A DNA stretch of 64,000 bases from Rhodosorus marinus CCMP1338. Taxonomy: Eukaryota; Plantae; Rhodophyta. A model generated the notes under the pieces. The model was not told the DNA's origin and did not search any database. It saw only the letters and a program-made list of their open reading frames with translations. Position numbers and translations under genes: made by a program. Shown here piece by piece: positions 35,458 to 47,300 of the stretch (the first letter of the stretch is position 1; every line of letters begins with the position of its first letter). The DNA lies in contig JAMWBK010000005.1 of NCBI GenBank assembly GCA_029953675.1, forward strand, positions 620,001-684,000, read 5' to 3'.

Positions 35458-36473
35458 ATGGATGAAGGGACGAAGAGTGTTTTGCAGAAGATCCCGCTCC
35501 TAAGGACTAATGCAGGTATAGCTTCTTTTTTCGTGGTTTGTTGTGTTGTATATGCTTTGGCGGATTTTTTTTAAACTGGTTTTTTGTTTGTGCTGCGATT
35601 TTCAGGTCCTCGCGATGCGGAGGGATGGAACAGACGGCTGAAAGAGGAGCTCTTGGCTGTGATTAAGGTACTTGGTAGCTTGAGATTTCTGTACGACTGT
35701 ATTCGAGTCTATGTCTTCTAAATCAAAGCTTTTGGTATCCGCTTTTCTTGCTGCGCAGTACGTCTCGAATAACAAAGAGCAGGATAGAGACTGGTTTTTC
35801 ATTCAGCCAGACGAGAAGGTTAGTTTCGACAGATCCTACAAAACGTGGATTTCGAGTTTGCTTTGCCCCTGATTGTGGTGAACTTTGGTTCCGCTGTTAC
35901 TAGGGGATCAAATGGTCAGGAAAATGTTGGTACTATCTAGACCAAGTACGATATGAGTTTGAACTTGAGTTCGAGATCCCCGCGACTTACCCAACCACGG
36001 CTCCAGAGCTGAAACTCCCAGAGGTGAGGGGAACTTGCCGTCGCTTAGTGCTTTGGGTAACACAGAAGATACCTGACAAGCGAAAACTTGCTTGTCTTGT
36101 AACAGCTTGACGGCAAGACGGCGAAGATGTATAGGTAAGCAGCGACTTCATAGGTGCACAAGTAGGGAGTTGGTGAGCTGAGTTCGATGCATCTGTGGTT
36201 TTCCTTTGTTGTCAAAGAGGAGGAAAAATCTGTCAGACAGTTCATTTCCAACCGCTGTGGGCTAGGAATGCTCCTCACTTTGGAATCGCCCACGCACTAG
36301 CAATGGGGGTAAGCACACTTTTGGGCGCTGGCGGACGCTACTCTCCAATTTGCGCAGCTTGTAGATAACTAAAGCCTCGCGTGCGTTTGTGAATACGCAA
36401 GCTCGGACCTTGGCTTGCCGCGGAAATTCCGGACATGGTGCAGAGGGGAGTCATCAGCAGTTTTGCGAAATGA
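35458..36473 (+). CDS. UFC1: Ubiquitin-fold modifier-conjugating enzyme 1 (UFM1 E2), multi-exon
   Basis: Spliced product [19 protein letters not shown]|[21 protein letters not shown]|YVSNNK...WSGKCWY...[12 protein letters not shown]|[10 protein letters not shown]|[30 protein letters not shown]|[10 protein letters not shown]. Confidence 0.97.
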
Positions 36474-36597
36474 AGTAGTGCGGATCGAGAGGACATACAG
36501 GTCTGATCGTTCGTGCTTGGGCGCGAGCCTCACGTGTACTTGTCTTCAGGCAGAACACTAGGATGATGCCCTGTCCCTGAAACCGCAGCCGAGGTGC

Positions 36598-37550
36598 TTA
36601 GATTGTCGCTTGTGGATTCGGGGGAGCCCCTGTGGCGTTGAGTGTCAGCTTTATTCTGAACTGATGGTTTGAACTCGGGAGGTTAGTTGGGCAGCTCGGA
36701 AAGCACCTGCTCATATCCATGATTAACTGAGATGTAGAATGTGGTTCATTTCTAGAGTGAAAGACGTTTGTACGCTGCTTCCCTTTGCTCCGAGAGCTGT
36801 CGAGCGACAGGACCGAGCTTGCGGAGCCAGACCTGCTCGTAGATCCTAACTCTGGTATCAACATCGTTTCATCAGTAAGTCATTAGAACTAAACCAACCA
36901 ACATACCGAACCTATCAACGCAACGAGAGTAGTGTCCAACCAAGTTCAATGTACATAGGCCAACCTTCGACCTGTCCGAAACCTTGCAAGACTTGCAAAT
37001 GGTTTTAAACTTGAGGGCCTTTTTCTGACTAGCTAGTGAGTCGGAACGAACTGTCTTTCAATCTAGTCCTAGAGCAACAGGAAGGTTCCCTTGATTACTT
37101 AATCGCTGGTTCAGCGTCCCTATTCCCAACTATCGAATACTGTCTCGGAAATGAGTACTGCTCAAGGGTTCTATTGTGACAAACTATGGGCCCGAGAGCA
37201 GGCCAAAGAGCACCCGATCCTCCCACTGCAAAAAAGCTCTATAGTTCCCCCAACAAAAGCTCGTTTAGGACTAAGCACTCCTGTTAAGACTGCTCTTTGG
37301 CTTTGACGAAAGTTTGACCATTAATCGCTTCGTCACGTTACCACAGAAAGCAACAAGCTCTGAATCTCTTGCCAGAAGTCCGTACTTCCCAATCCCCTAA
37401 AGCGGTCCTCTCCCAAACTGTTCTCTAGCGTTGATGACCGTTGTAAAGGATTCTGAACGTCAGACGAGAAAACTACATGCTCAGAACATTCGTTAGACCT
37501 TCCTCTGGATTCTTACCCTGTCGACTAGCTCACGTCTGTGTTACCTTCCC
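36598..37550 (-). CDS. Possible multi-exon gene of unknown function
   Basis: Terminal 88-codon S-rich ORF plus several donor- and acceptor-like sites upstream. No family recognised. Confidence 0.2.
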
Positions 37551-37785
37551 CATCCCTATAGAGACTATCCAGACGATAACGGCTAAATAGATTTGAATTA
37601 AGTACGGGTTGGTTGAGGAGGAGGAAGACCAGATTACTACCTGGGATGTTAGATTTCGATTGATCAAACCGTTTCCAGTGTTCTAATCAAAATTTTGCTT
37701 AGTTTAGAGGCTCGTCCTGTGAGCCTTCCCAGCAGAGTTGAAAGAGGTGAACTGCTGAACCCGTTTTGGACGTGGATCGTTCAAG

Positions 37786-38150
37786 ATGAAGATAACAGTT
37801 GAGAGAGCGCGCCTCGTGGCCTATTGGACGTGGGGTTGTAGCGATAGTTCGTGTGGGATTTGTCGTCGGGCTTTTGATGCGTGCTGTCCGGATTGCAAAG
37901 TTCCAGGCGATGATTGCCCCGTGAGTAAGTTTGAATGAGTTAAGGATGACGATGGTTCTTATTGTTTGGATGTGGCTCCCGAGCCATTCTTTACTGAGGC
38001 TTTCTCGTTCGTGCTGTTTTCATAGTTTGGGGAAAGTGCACGCACAGTTTCCACTTACACTGTATTCACACCTGGACAAACGTCCAGGAGCAACAGTCCG
38101 AGCATCGCCATACCTGTCCTCTGTGCAGAAGACCTTGGGAATTTGGATAG
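37786..38150 (+). CDS. APC11: Anaphase-promoting complex subunit 11 (RING-H2), two exons (37786-37924, 38026-38150), 87 aa
   Basis: MKITVERARLVAYWTWGCSDSSCGICRRAFDACCPDCKVPGDDCPV|IWGKCTHSFHLHCIHTW...CPLCRRPWEFG*. The intron is GTAAGT...TAG. Absent from the ORF track. Confidence 0.95.
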
Positions 38151-38411
38151 AGCTCTGCAGTCAAGTTGACGATCACAACATAAGCCAGTTTTTGCGACAA
38201 AAGAGAAGGCGTTACTGTACTCTGCAGGTTCCAGCAGTCACTTCGCTGAGCGTGGGGTCTTCTTGTGAGATGCACCCAGACGATCTTCTCTAGATATTTA
38301 CCTTGAGATAACTTTGAGTTCACAAAGTGCGAGTATGACTTGAAGTCAGCGCGTTTTAAGCGAGCGACACCTATTTAGGTCAAACAAGGGTGCCTTCTAA
38401 TAAAATAGTAT

Positions 38412-39023
38412 CTAGAGCCCCCCTAAATCTTCTCTCCTTCTAATGAATTCGGATGGGACAGAATCAGTCAGCCAGACTCCGTTCTCGGTGACGAAGAACT
38501 CCTTTCCGTTGTTGTACATTTCTGCAGCAGAGATCTCCAAGATAACCGGCTGCCCTCGTCGAAATCCTACTTTGGAGGCAGTACTTATCTCCGACGACAA
38601 GTGGACGTGGTGCCTGTTCATTTTTTTTAGTCCGTCTGCTGCTATGCTGGACCAAAACCGTTCGACTGTACCATGGTACAGAACCTGCGGAGGGGTGACC
38701 GGCTTCAAGCCCAGATCGACGTGAACAGAGTGTCCCTGTCGCGCACGGATCAAAGAGCCATCTGGAGAAATAACAAATCTCTGTTTGTCGTTTGTATCAA
38801 CGACTCGGAGCAATCCCTCCCACCCACATGCACGACCGGATTCAGATAGTGCCCTAAGGACTTCATCGACATTCGCCCAGCCGTTCTGATCCAGGATGAG
38901 CCCAGCTTTGTCCGGCCTGTGCCGAAGCCAAAAGGAAAGCTTCTTGGAAACTTCAATGTCGTACGAACTGCCCCAGGACGGAGCTTTGCTCCGTCCTTTC
39001 TCACCTCCTTTTGACCTCTCCAT
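38412..39023 (-). CDS. TPT1: RNA 2'-phosphotransferase Tpt1/KptA, intronless, bacterial-type
   Basis: SKKLSFWLRH, NDKQRF, IRARQGHS, LYHGT, GLKKMNRHHVHLS, VGFRRGQPVILEI and ENGVWLTDSVP. Confidence 0.97.
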   Translation of the reverse strand: MERSKGGEKGRSKAPSWGSSYDIEVSKKLSFWLRHRPDKAGLILDQNGWANVDEVLRALSESGRACGWEGLLRVVDTNDKQRFVISPDGSLIRARQGHSVHVDLGLKPVTPPQVLYHGTVERFWSSIAADGLKKMNRHHVHLSSEISTASKVGFRRGQPVILEISAAEMYNNGKEFFVTENGVWLTDSVPSEFIRRREDLGGL

Positions 39024-39160
39024 GATCAGCGCAAACCAATAAACCAATACCGCTAGCGAATACCATGACCTCTAGAACAAGTTCCGATAGTCCGTCTGTC
39101 AAAGCTCGACATGTAGATGGAAGCAAATTCTCATTCCAAAGCTAAGCTGTGACAGCTTTC

Positions 39161-40100
39161 TCAACGGGAACGGACGAAACTACGAAGGATCGAAGTCATC
39201 GTAGTGGAAGTAATCTGCGTCTTCGCCGCGTCGCTTCTGCTGAAGACACTCGAGGAAACAAAAGGCCGCGGATCTCGAGCTAAACTGTTGTCCAACACCG
39301 CCTTTTTGGATGTACGCAGTAGACTTTCATTTTCAACGTCCTCATCTTGATGATGCTGTCGCGAAGACGAAGAACTCAAGAGAGTTCATCATGCACTGAT
39401 CGAATCCCACCCCTTGAAACGACGAAAACCAGAATGGAAAGGGATGTGCTAAGTCTGCTACAGTTTCTCAAGGCGTCATAGCGGTGGAACCAATCTCCGC
39501 CATTACTACCGAGGCTATCCTGATGACAAGCACTCGAGGACAATAAACGAGAATTCCACGCGAAGCCGATGACTTAACCCCAACTCTTTTGAGTCTACAA
39601 AGCATATAAAGTTCGGCTCTCAACCCCCCCGCCTTGACTATGGTGTTCGTACTACTACAAAGAGGACCGGCAACAGTCAGCTTGTCACAGACGCATCAAA
39701 CCCGCCCGACGTTCCGAAAGCATCACGGAGAGTTCGGCGACGATCACATAACAGGAGGAACAAATCTTGGCGAAAGGGAGCAGGTCTTTGTGGTAGTAAA
39801 TATCTCTACCTTTTGTGCTGGTTTGGTTCTGGAGAGGTGATGCCATATTGATCGCGTTGGTGTTTTACTTGGAGAAGTTGACATCCTGAAAGGCATTGCT
39901 GTCTGGTCGTCTTCTCCTGTAGAAGAACGAGCGAGTGGCGATGGATGAGCGGCGAGGTCCGCAAGTAGCTGTAGGATCTTGTCCGCCATTGATATGAACG
40001 TTGCTTTATCGACGGACTGAAGCTGCCGCGGTGGTCTTGGAATAGAAGACGATGTCCTCTCTTTTGATTGGAAACTTCGGAAATTAATCGACGCTGCAGC
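39161..40100 (-). CDS. Possible spliced S/T-rich protein of unknown function
   Basis: Open frames ...DKATFISMADKILQLLADLAAHPS...KPAQK|GTAGAG and a terminal 39161-39379 ORF. A C/A-rich minus-strand leader lies upstream. No family recognised. Confidence 0.3.
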
Positions 40101-40649
40101 GGCTCATCGCTCGTGTTGACTATCTTTAGCAGCCGATTGCGGCCGCGGTGGAAGAGAACGGAGCATGAAGTCACGTAAGGCTGTTTCACAACTCCAGTCT
40201 GTGGCTGTTGATCTGCAACACTCTTTCTCTGGTGGTTGGCTTTTTGTTTTTGTTGTCTTTTTTCTGCCCTGTTTTTTTGTGTGCTGTTGAATTTTTGATT
40301 ATCATTCCCATGTGGAGACGCTCTGATTATCTGCGGGATCTGGCTTGAAGCCTATCACCGATGAGCCATTTGGATCCCTTCACGTCGAGCGGAAAAGAAG
40401 AAGGGACGTCTCTGTCTTCTCCAGAGCGAACATAGAATTAGCGAATGGGTGTGAAGTATGGAACTCGTTCGTTTTGAACGTGCTCCGAGAAAGGAGAGCT
40501 ACTTTGCAAAAGTTCTCTTCTGGGTCCTTCGTTTCCATCATTCATTTCGTCAGTCAACGCACTGACAACTACCGATTCTCTATCTGGCCTGTTTTGGTGA
40601 CTCAGTTATAGCCTAACTGAGTCATATTCCCCATATCGCTGCCCTTCAG

Positions 40650-42018
40650 GAACTGTTCCGCTGCTTCGAGGCATGCGTGATTACCCTCCTTCATGTTTTG
40701 CGATCCGACAGTCCATAGAGAAGGAAGCGAGAAGGGTGAGCAGATTGTATGGCTACGAAGAAGTGGAGACTCCAGTCGTTGAGGAAACGAGCCTCTTTCG
40801 ACGAACGCTAGGCTCTGGCTCTGATGTCGTACAAAAGGAGATGTTCGAGTTCAAGGACAAGAGTTCAATGGACGTCACACTGCGTCCAGAGGGTACTGCT
40901 GGAATTGGGAGAATGATCACCCGGAAAGATTTTGCTCTGTACCGATCACTTCCCCATCGGTTCTTCTACTGTGGACCGATGTTCAGATATGAGAGGCCTC
41001 AGAAAGGTCGCCAGAGACAGTTTTCTCAGGTACGCCGCGCCCGATAGGCCACAGCAGGAGGATGGAAAATGTGTTCAAGCCACAGTCGTCTGCACAACGT
41101 CAGGTTGGTGTGGAATGTATCGGTGAGGAGTCTTCGCTTGCGGATGCTGAAGTTGTAATAATGGCCCACCAGTTTCTGGACAATTTAGAACTCGCATCGA
41201 CGCCAAAGCTGCAAATCAACACCCTTGGTGATTATCAGGATCGTCTCGCGTACAAAACGGAATTGACAAACTTTCTTCAAGAGAGAAAGGAAGACCTTTC
41301 CGGGGACTCGCTCAACCGACTCGAGAGGGGAGCTGTACTCCGGATCCTTGACAGCAAGGACAGCAATGACCAGGAGCTCCTGAAGGGTGCGCCTCGTTTG
41401 GAGGACTTTCTCTCCGAACGAAGCTCAGCGAGGTTTGAGAAGGTCTTACATACATTGGAAGAAGAGGAGATTCCCTTCCAAAGGAGTTCCTACTTGGTCC
41501 GTGGCTTGGACTATTATTGCCATACTGTATTTGAATATGTTTCCTCAGAAATTGGGGCCCAAGGTGCAGTGCTTGCCGGTGGTCGGTATGATGGTCTCGT
41601 TGAGTCCTTGGGCGGTCCACCGACCTCGGCTGTAGGATGGGCCGCTGGAACAGATAGGCTGGCGCTTCTCCGGACGGAGATTAACGATTTCCAATTTCGG
41701 CCCATATGCGCAATAATTCCCGCCGGAAACCAGAACGAGGAAACTGAGGATCTTATCAAGGGGCATTGCATGCAGGTTGCCGGCGCACTTCGGCGAGGAG
41801 GTATTGAGACTCATCTCCAATACAAGACCAGGCACACGTCCAAGCTCCTCGCCACAGCGCTTCAAAGTGGAGCATCGGCCGCGGTATTCATTGGAGAAAA
41901 TGAAGTCTCTAGAGGCAAATTTATATTCAAGGATCTTAAGTCCCGCGCCGAACGTGAAATCAACAGCCTCGATGAACTGGCAGACGCGGTTGCCAACACA
42001 GTTAATGCTTTCTCTTGA
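40650..42018 (+). CDS. HARS: Histidyl-tRNA synthetase, bacterial/organellar type; 5' exon(s) upstream of 40650 unresolved
   Basis: [40 protein letters not shown]|[18 protein letters not shown] and [25 protein letters not shown], followed by an anticodon-binding domain. Confidence 0.95.
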
Positions 42019-42366
42019 CGATATCGTTCTTTCGAGTCGATTCGATCTTACACATCGAGAGAAACGGGTTGCCTCCCCGTGCAGCAAGTAGTCTGCCACG
42101 CGCTACTGGTACTAATAGCAAAACTCCTGTCAATGCGTACAAGGAGCCTATTTTGCGAACGGCAAAAAGATGCCAACTAACACTCCGCAAGCTCTCGTTT
42201 TGAGAGCTTGCGTACGAGCTGACCACCAATTTGTCAATCATAAAAACCTCCGCTTAGATCATGCACTTTCGGAGAGGTTCAAGATCAAAGATAACGATAC
42301 CTCCTCGATCATCTCTTCCCTCCAGAATCGTAGCCATCGTAGCCCTGTGTGTTCCAGTCACAAAGT

Positions 42367-43733
42367 TCAGCTTCGAGATGTACAGGTCTGCAGAAAAGGT
42401 CAAATGGCCTGGCATCGCCATACCTTGCGTGGATTGTTCATCGGGTTTGGTCTATATCGATATGCTAACATCATACGCTTTCGATACTGTTCATAAATAT
42501 CGTCCTCCGGCTGGACACGGTTCCACGCCATAATCCGTCAGCCTCAGCAGGAGTACAAAGCACGGCGGTTTCTATGTGTTGGCATGCACTCCTACCTTCA
42601 CCTCCGTGGTGTCTCCAGTATCCGCACCGATGCCAGATTTATCCGTCTTCACAAACGTTTTCGCTGCGTTGGCATATCCTACTCCGTCCTTTCCTAATCC
42701 GCTCCCTTCTTTCCACCCCATCTTTGACAAAAGTTTATGTCCAACGTTCGACTCTACGAATGTAGAAACAAAAGCGCCGTCAAGGCGAACCAGGGAGTCA
42801 GCTCAATGGACAACCACTTTGAGTCCAACCAGTCTCCGCTCTCGCCTACTTTCGATACCCTCCTCCTTTGCTTTCGGAAGCGGTTCGCCTTTGGATTTAG
42901 CTAAAAACTCGTTCAGAACTTCTTTCGGAATATGCCGAGCGTATCCTCCCTGCGTGGCATCAGCTTTGGCTGCTTCAGGCGCTGCTACGGACGCGTTATC
43001 CTCATCAAAGTAGCTACGCTCGGGCTCTTTGTAGACTAGGTTATCTGCTGGCTTATCCGCATCTCCGTCCTCAGTGAACCGTCTCTTGCGATGGGCCTGA
43101 GGCTCACAGTGCAAATGTTAAGCCCGGATGTAGAGGAATTGTTCATTGTAGAAATCTCAGTTTCTAGTTGACAACCTACTGTCGCAGACGGGACATCTAC
43201 AGGCACATCCCGTGCAGGATTTAAGGGCGTGGCAGCCTCCGCTTTCGTAACCGTACTACTAGAAACCTTGTTCGGTTCTTCAAGCTCTTCATCGCTCTCA
43301 TCCAGGGGTCCGACTAGCTGTCTGTACAGTAGATAAGGTTTGTCGTCCTTCTTAAACAGAAAAGCCACTCGCGGATTCTCGCTGTTTCTAGGGTCGCTGA
43401 GCATCCTCTTCTCCATGTCCAAGCCAAACTACAATCGTTTCACAACCAAGGTAACGAAAAGCAGTAAGTGGACCAGCGTGGGAAAATGATGAGAAGATGA
43501 AACACAACCAAGTCAATCGAAAAGCATAAAATTCTTCCAAAATTTTCATCGGAAAAGGAATCCAGACGAAACCAGAAAAGAAAACAACCACAGAGGAAAA
43601 AAAAACCAAAAGCTAAACAGAGCTGGGAAGCAAACATCGTTACCTTCTTCACCAACTTGGCGAACCGTTCAACCGGAGCGCGCTCCGCGTCCGTAATATC
43701 AGCAAACTCAGAATTAGGCTCCTCTGAAGCCAT
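42367..43733 (-). CDS. SUGP1: SURP and G-patch domain protein (splicing factor 4), multi-exon; 3' end approximate
   Basis: SURP-like VERFAKLV...[15 protein letters not shown]; G-patch [22 protein letters not shown]; C-terminal hallmark [27 protein letters not shown]. Confidence 0.9.
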
Positions 43734-44329
43734 GTTTAATCCCTCTTTCTTCCTTCTAAATGTTCAAAAACAATTCAATACCGTCCACCCGTCTATCCCA
43801 CCTCCTTACCACCATCCTCTTCCCCGTTAAGCTATCTCACCGTCAACAGTTCATTATCTGCCCATTGTAGATTTATCTGGTCTACTACACTGTATTTTAT
43901 AAGTAATTCAAGATTTCTGGGGTATATATAACATGATATAGAGTACTAATTGGCATTAAAATGTAATCTCGTTGGTCCCAAGGCCAAGTACGATTTAGAA
44001 AGAAGCGGCATTGGCGGTATTCTCGAGGGTGCTGGCCTTTCCAGCACTGGACTTCCGCTTTGCCTAGTCAAAGGTAGGAGAACAAGCCGTTGGATCCAAT
44101 TGTTCCAGAGCAGTAGTCTCCTGACAAAACCCATGTTTACGATGCCTTGAGTGCTTGTCCCTACCGAGCAGTAGCGAAGTGAGCACTGCGAGTGGCAGTG
44201 TACTGATAAGATGACTTCAGGCTGAGGTTGAAAATGGTAAGAGCTCAATCCAAAAGATATTTTAAGTTAGAGCGAACGTTTGTAACTATTAAAACAGCTA
44301 GAAAGGGAGTATCCTAAGGGGTCGTGAAG

Positions 44330-47300
44330 TCAGTTCAGATCCGCGATCTGATCTCGTCGGATTCGGCCTTCCAGCATTGCCGATCTCCTATACTCTCCGT
44401 GCTTTCTGTACGCATCCCGCACTGCGATTAGAGCTTCGTGGTCGGATTTAACACCGACCGTCCCTTGCTTTTTCAGCAGAGCTCCAGCAGCTTGCACATT
44501 TCCGTCCTCAGCGAGGGAACGGATTAGCAATGAATACGACCGTTTGGTGTCACCGGTCTGGTGGTTCAGAAGCTCTTGCAGCCTGGCAACGTCTGCATAA
44601 TCAGTGCTCTGCTTCAGCAATGGCAACAGCGTTGACTCCTCCACATCGGCGTTTCTGTTTTCTGCCAGGATCTTCAGAGATCGTTGCGCGGCGTGTTCAT
44701 CGCCATGCTGCAGGCTATATTCAATAAGCTTTCTGCAACCTTCATTCAGCGACTCCGATCCGATGACCTCGTTCCTATTGACAACCTCAAATAGTCGTAT
44801 AGCTGAACTTGGCATTCCACGGTTGAGGAAATTGCCGAGCACTTCAATGAATGTTCTTGAGTTCAAGAACGTAGAATCCTCTTGCATAATGGCCATTGCC
44901 CCCTCCACTGTGTTCCCGTCACCAGCGGAAGATCTGATCGTGACTAGCCTCCTGTACGCTTCTGCGTTGAAGCGCAATCCTCTACTGTGACCTTGTTCAA
45001 TGGCTGCGCAAACTTCATCATCTGTCCCGACTTTGATTATGCTCTCCATTAGCATTCGAAGCGAATCTCGCCCAAGGCGCCGGCGCTGGCTGCCTTGAGT
45101 ATCCTGAAAAACCTTGACTACCTCCGCGTACTCCTCGCGATCCCAGTGCTTGCGCATGAGCTGCACCTCGCTCATCTTCTTATTCTCCTCCGTCACAGCA
45201 CTAGAACCACGAGTTTGGGAATAGTCAGCATTTACAGAGCCGCTTGCCTGTTTCACTATGACACCCGACGAGGCAGATCCACGCAATTGCCTCACACGAA
45301 TTCCTTTCGACGATACTGCCCTCAATGCATCACGGAGGCTTCCTCTGGACTCCGCAACCACACGTACCAAGCTCTGGTGCGTACGTGTGTCAAAGCTGCC
45401 GGGCTGTTGAACAAATGTCTGCAGGATGCGAATCGCTGTCTCGTTTCTCTCAGCTCGAACTGACGAATAGAACGCATGCTCAAGCGTCTGTCCATCGGCA
45501 GGTATTCCCCTGGCGTCAACCTCATCGGCAGCTGCTGCGTAGTCTTCAATCCTCGTCATTGCCTGCAGTATCAATGCACTAACAGCCTTTGATTCAGGCA
45601 ATTCCCTCGAGAGAGACCGTAGCGTTGATCGATCCCGCGCGTTAATACATGCGTGTATCACGTGCCGATATGTGGCAGAATTGGGCTTCAATCCAACCGC
45701 CTCGAGCTCGGCCAGAGCCGAGCGTGCCTCTTCAACCATCGCATGTCTTGCAAATGTGTCCAGCAGAGCATTGTAAGTGGCTAAATGAGCGCCTAGCCTG
45801 AGACTCTTTAAATCAGCAAAAGCAGCTTTGGCTTCGTTTGCGTTTGTTTCCACGTTGCCAGCAAGAATGAAAGCATCGACTGTCGATGGATTCGGCACGA
45901 ATCCGTCGCTTAGCATTAGCTCTATAATTTTCTTGGAACGTGATCTCTGCCCTTGCCGGTTGTACATTTGAACGAGCGCTTCGTATCCGCCAACTTCAGG
46001 AACAATTGCTTCACTCCTCATTTTGTTCAGCTGCAAAAGCGCTTCGCGTTCCATCCCTGCCCCAGAGAAAGCTCTGAGCAACGAGCTGTTACCGGTCCTG
46101 CCGCTTACAGCGCTGGGAATACTCTTCACGAGACTGTGAAAAGTATTGCGTGCAGAGAGAGGGTCCCCATTGCGACTGAATAAGTCGATTAGTAGCGCAA
46201 ACGTTCGCTCCTCCCAGTGAACCCCTGTCCGCTCAAGGATCAAGGCACATTTTCGAAACCCGGTCAGGTCGCCCGCGCTTGACAAAGCCTCGAGTACAAG
46301 ATGGCAAAGGTCACTTTCCACAGACGACATGCTCTCTAAGGTTGATACTGCATCCAGAAGGTTCCCTCCTTCAACATGATGACGGACTAGAGATTCGTTG
46401 GCTTTGTCCACCAATGACAGCTTTTTGCTCCGCACGAAGTCCAAAACCTCCGAAACACCAGTGCGATTCTTTCTTGATGTCAAGAGGGAGATGAGTTGTC
46501 CCGCGCAGAGCTCCAGTACATCCTTTGCCTCCTCTGAAAACTTGAGTGATTCCGAGAATTCGCGTCCTTGTAACTGAGGATCCTTTAGAAACTTGACCGC
46601 TTCCTGGCCCAGCCCATTCTCGGTGAGAGATCTCAGGACCAACCCATACTCAAGCGCTGACGGAGGTCGCAGTTTCTTGACTTGTGCAAGCATGGTAACC
46701 GCCTCGGCGGCCTTCAGTTCACGCGCATAGGTCTCCAACGCAATCTGGAGGAAACCAACTCGGCGGAATCCCCTTCTTCTCCCGGTAGTTACATGTCTGA
46801 GAGCGCTTGCTGTGTTGTTCGTCCTCATATAAGCAATCGCTAGGGCTGTCAGAGTATCCTCCGTCGGAAAGTGAATACTCTGCTGTGTTAGAAGCTTCAA
46901 AGCTCTCTCTGTCCTCTCAATATCCCCGCTTAGAGCCAAGTGCCTTGCCAGTTCATCCACGCTCTTCTCTGCTAAAGGAATCTTCTGCAATTGAGCTTCG
47001 AACACAACTTTCCACGCCTCTTCGAATTCTCGCTTTTCGGCGAAGCCTTCAACTAGAATACCAGCAAGGTCGCCGTCAAAGCTCCCTGGTAAAGCCTTCA
47101 AAAAGCTAGTCAAAAGCTGTGGAACCTCTGAGCCTCTTCCAGCATCAAACTTGGCCTTGGAAATAACCTTCATTGTCTCGAGATCCGTTTTAACTCCACT
47201 GAAGACCATCTTAGTATACAACCTCTCAACTTCTTCAAGTTCTCCTCTCTTCAATCGCGCAGACATAATTATATTGTAAGTCTGTGAACTGGGCTCCATC

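Noticed and set aside
43946-44248. 100-aa minus and 66-aa plus ORFs between SUGP1 and the PPR gene
   Set aside because: No motif, and the position fits the PPR 3'UTR or SUGP1 promoter.
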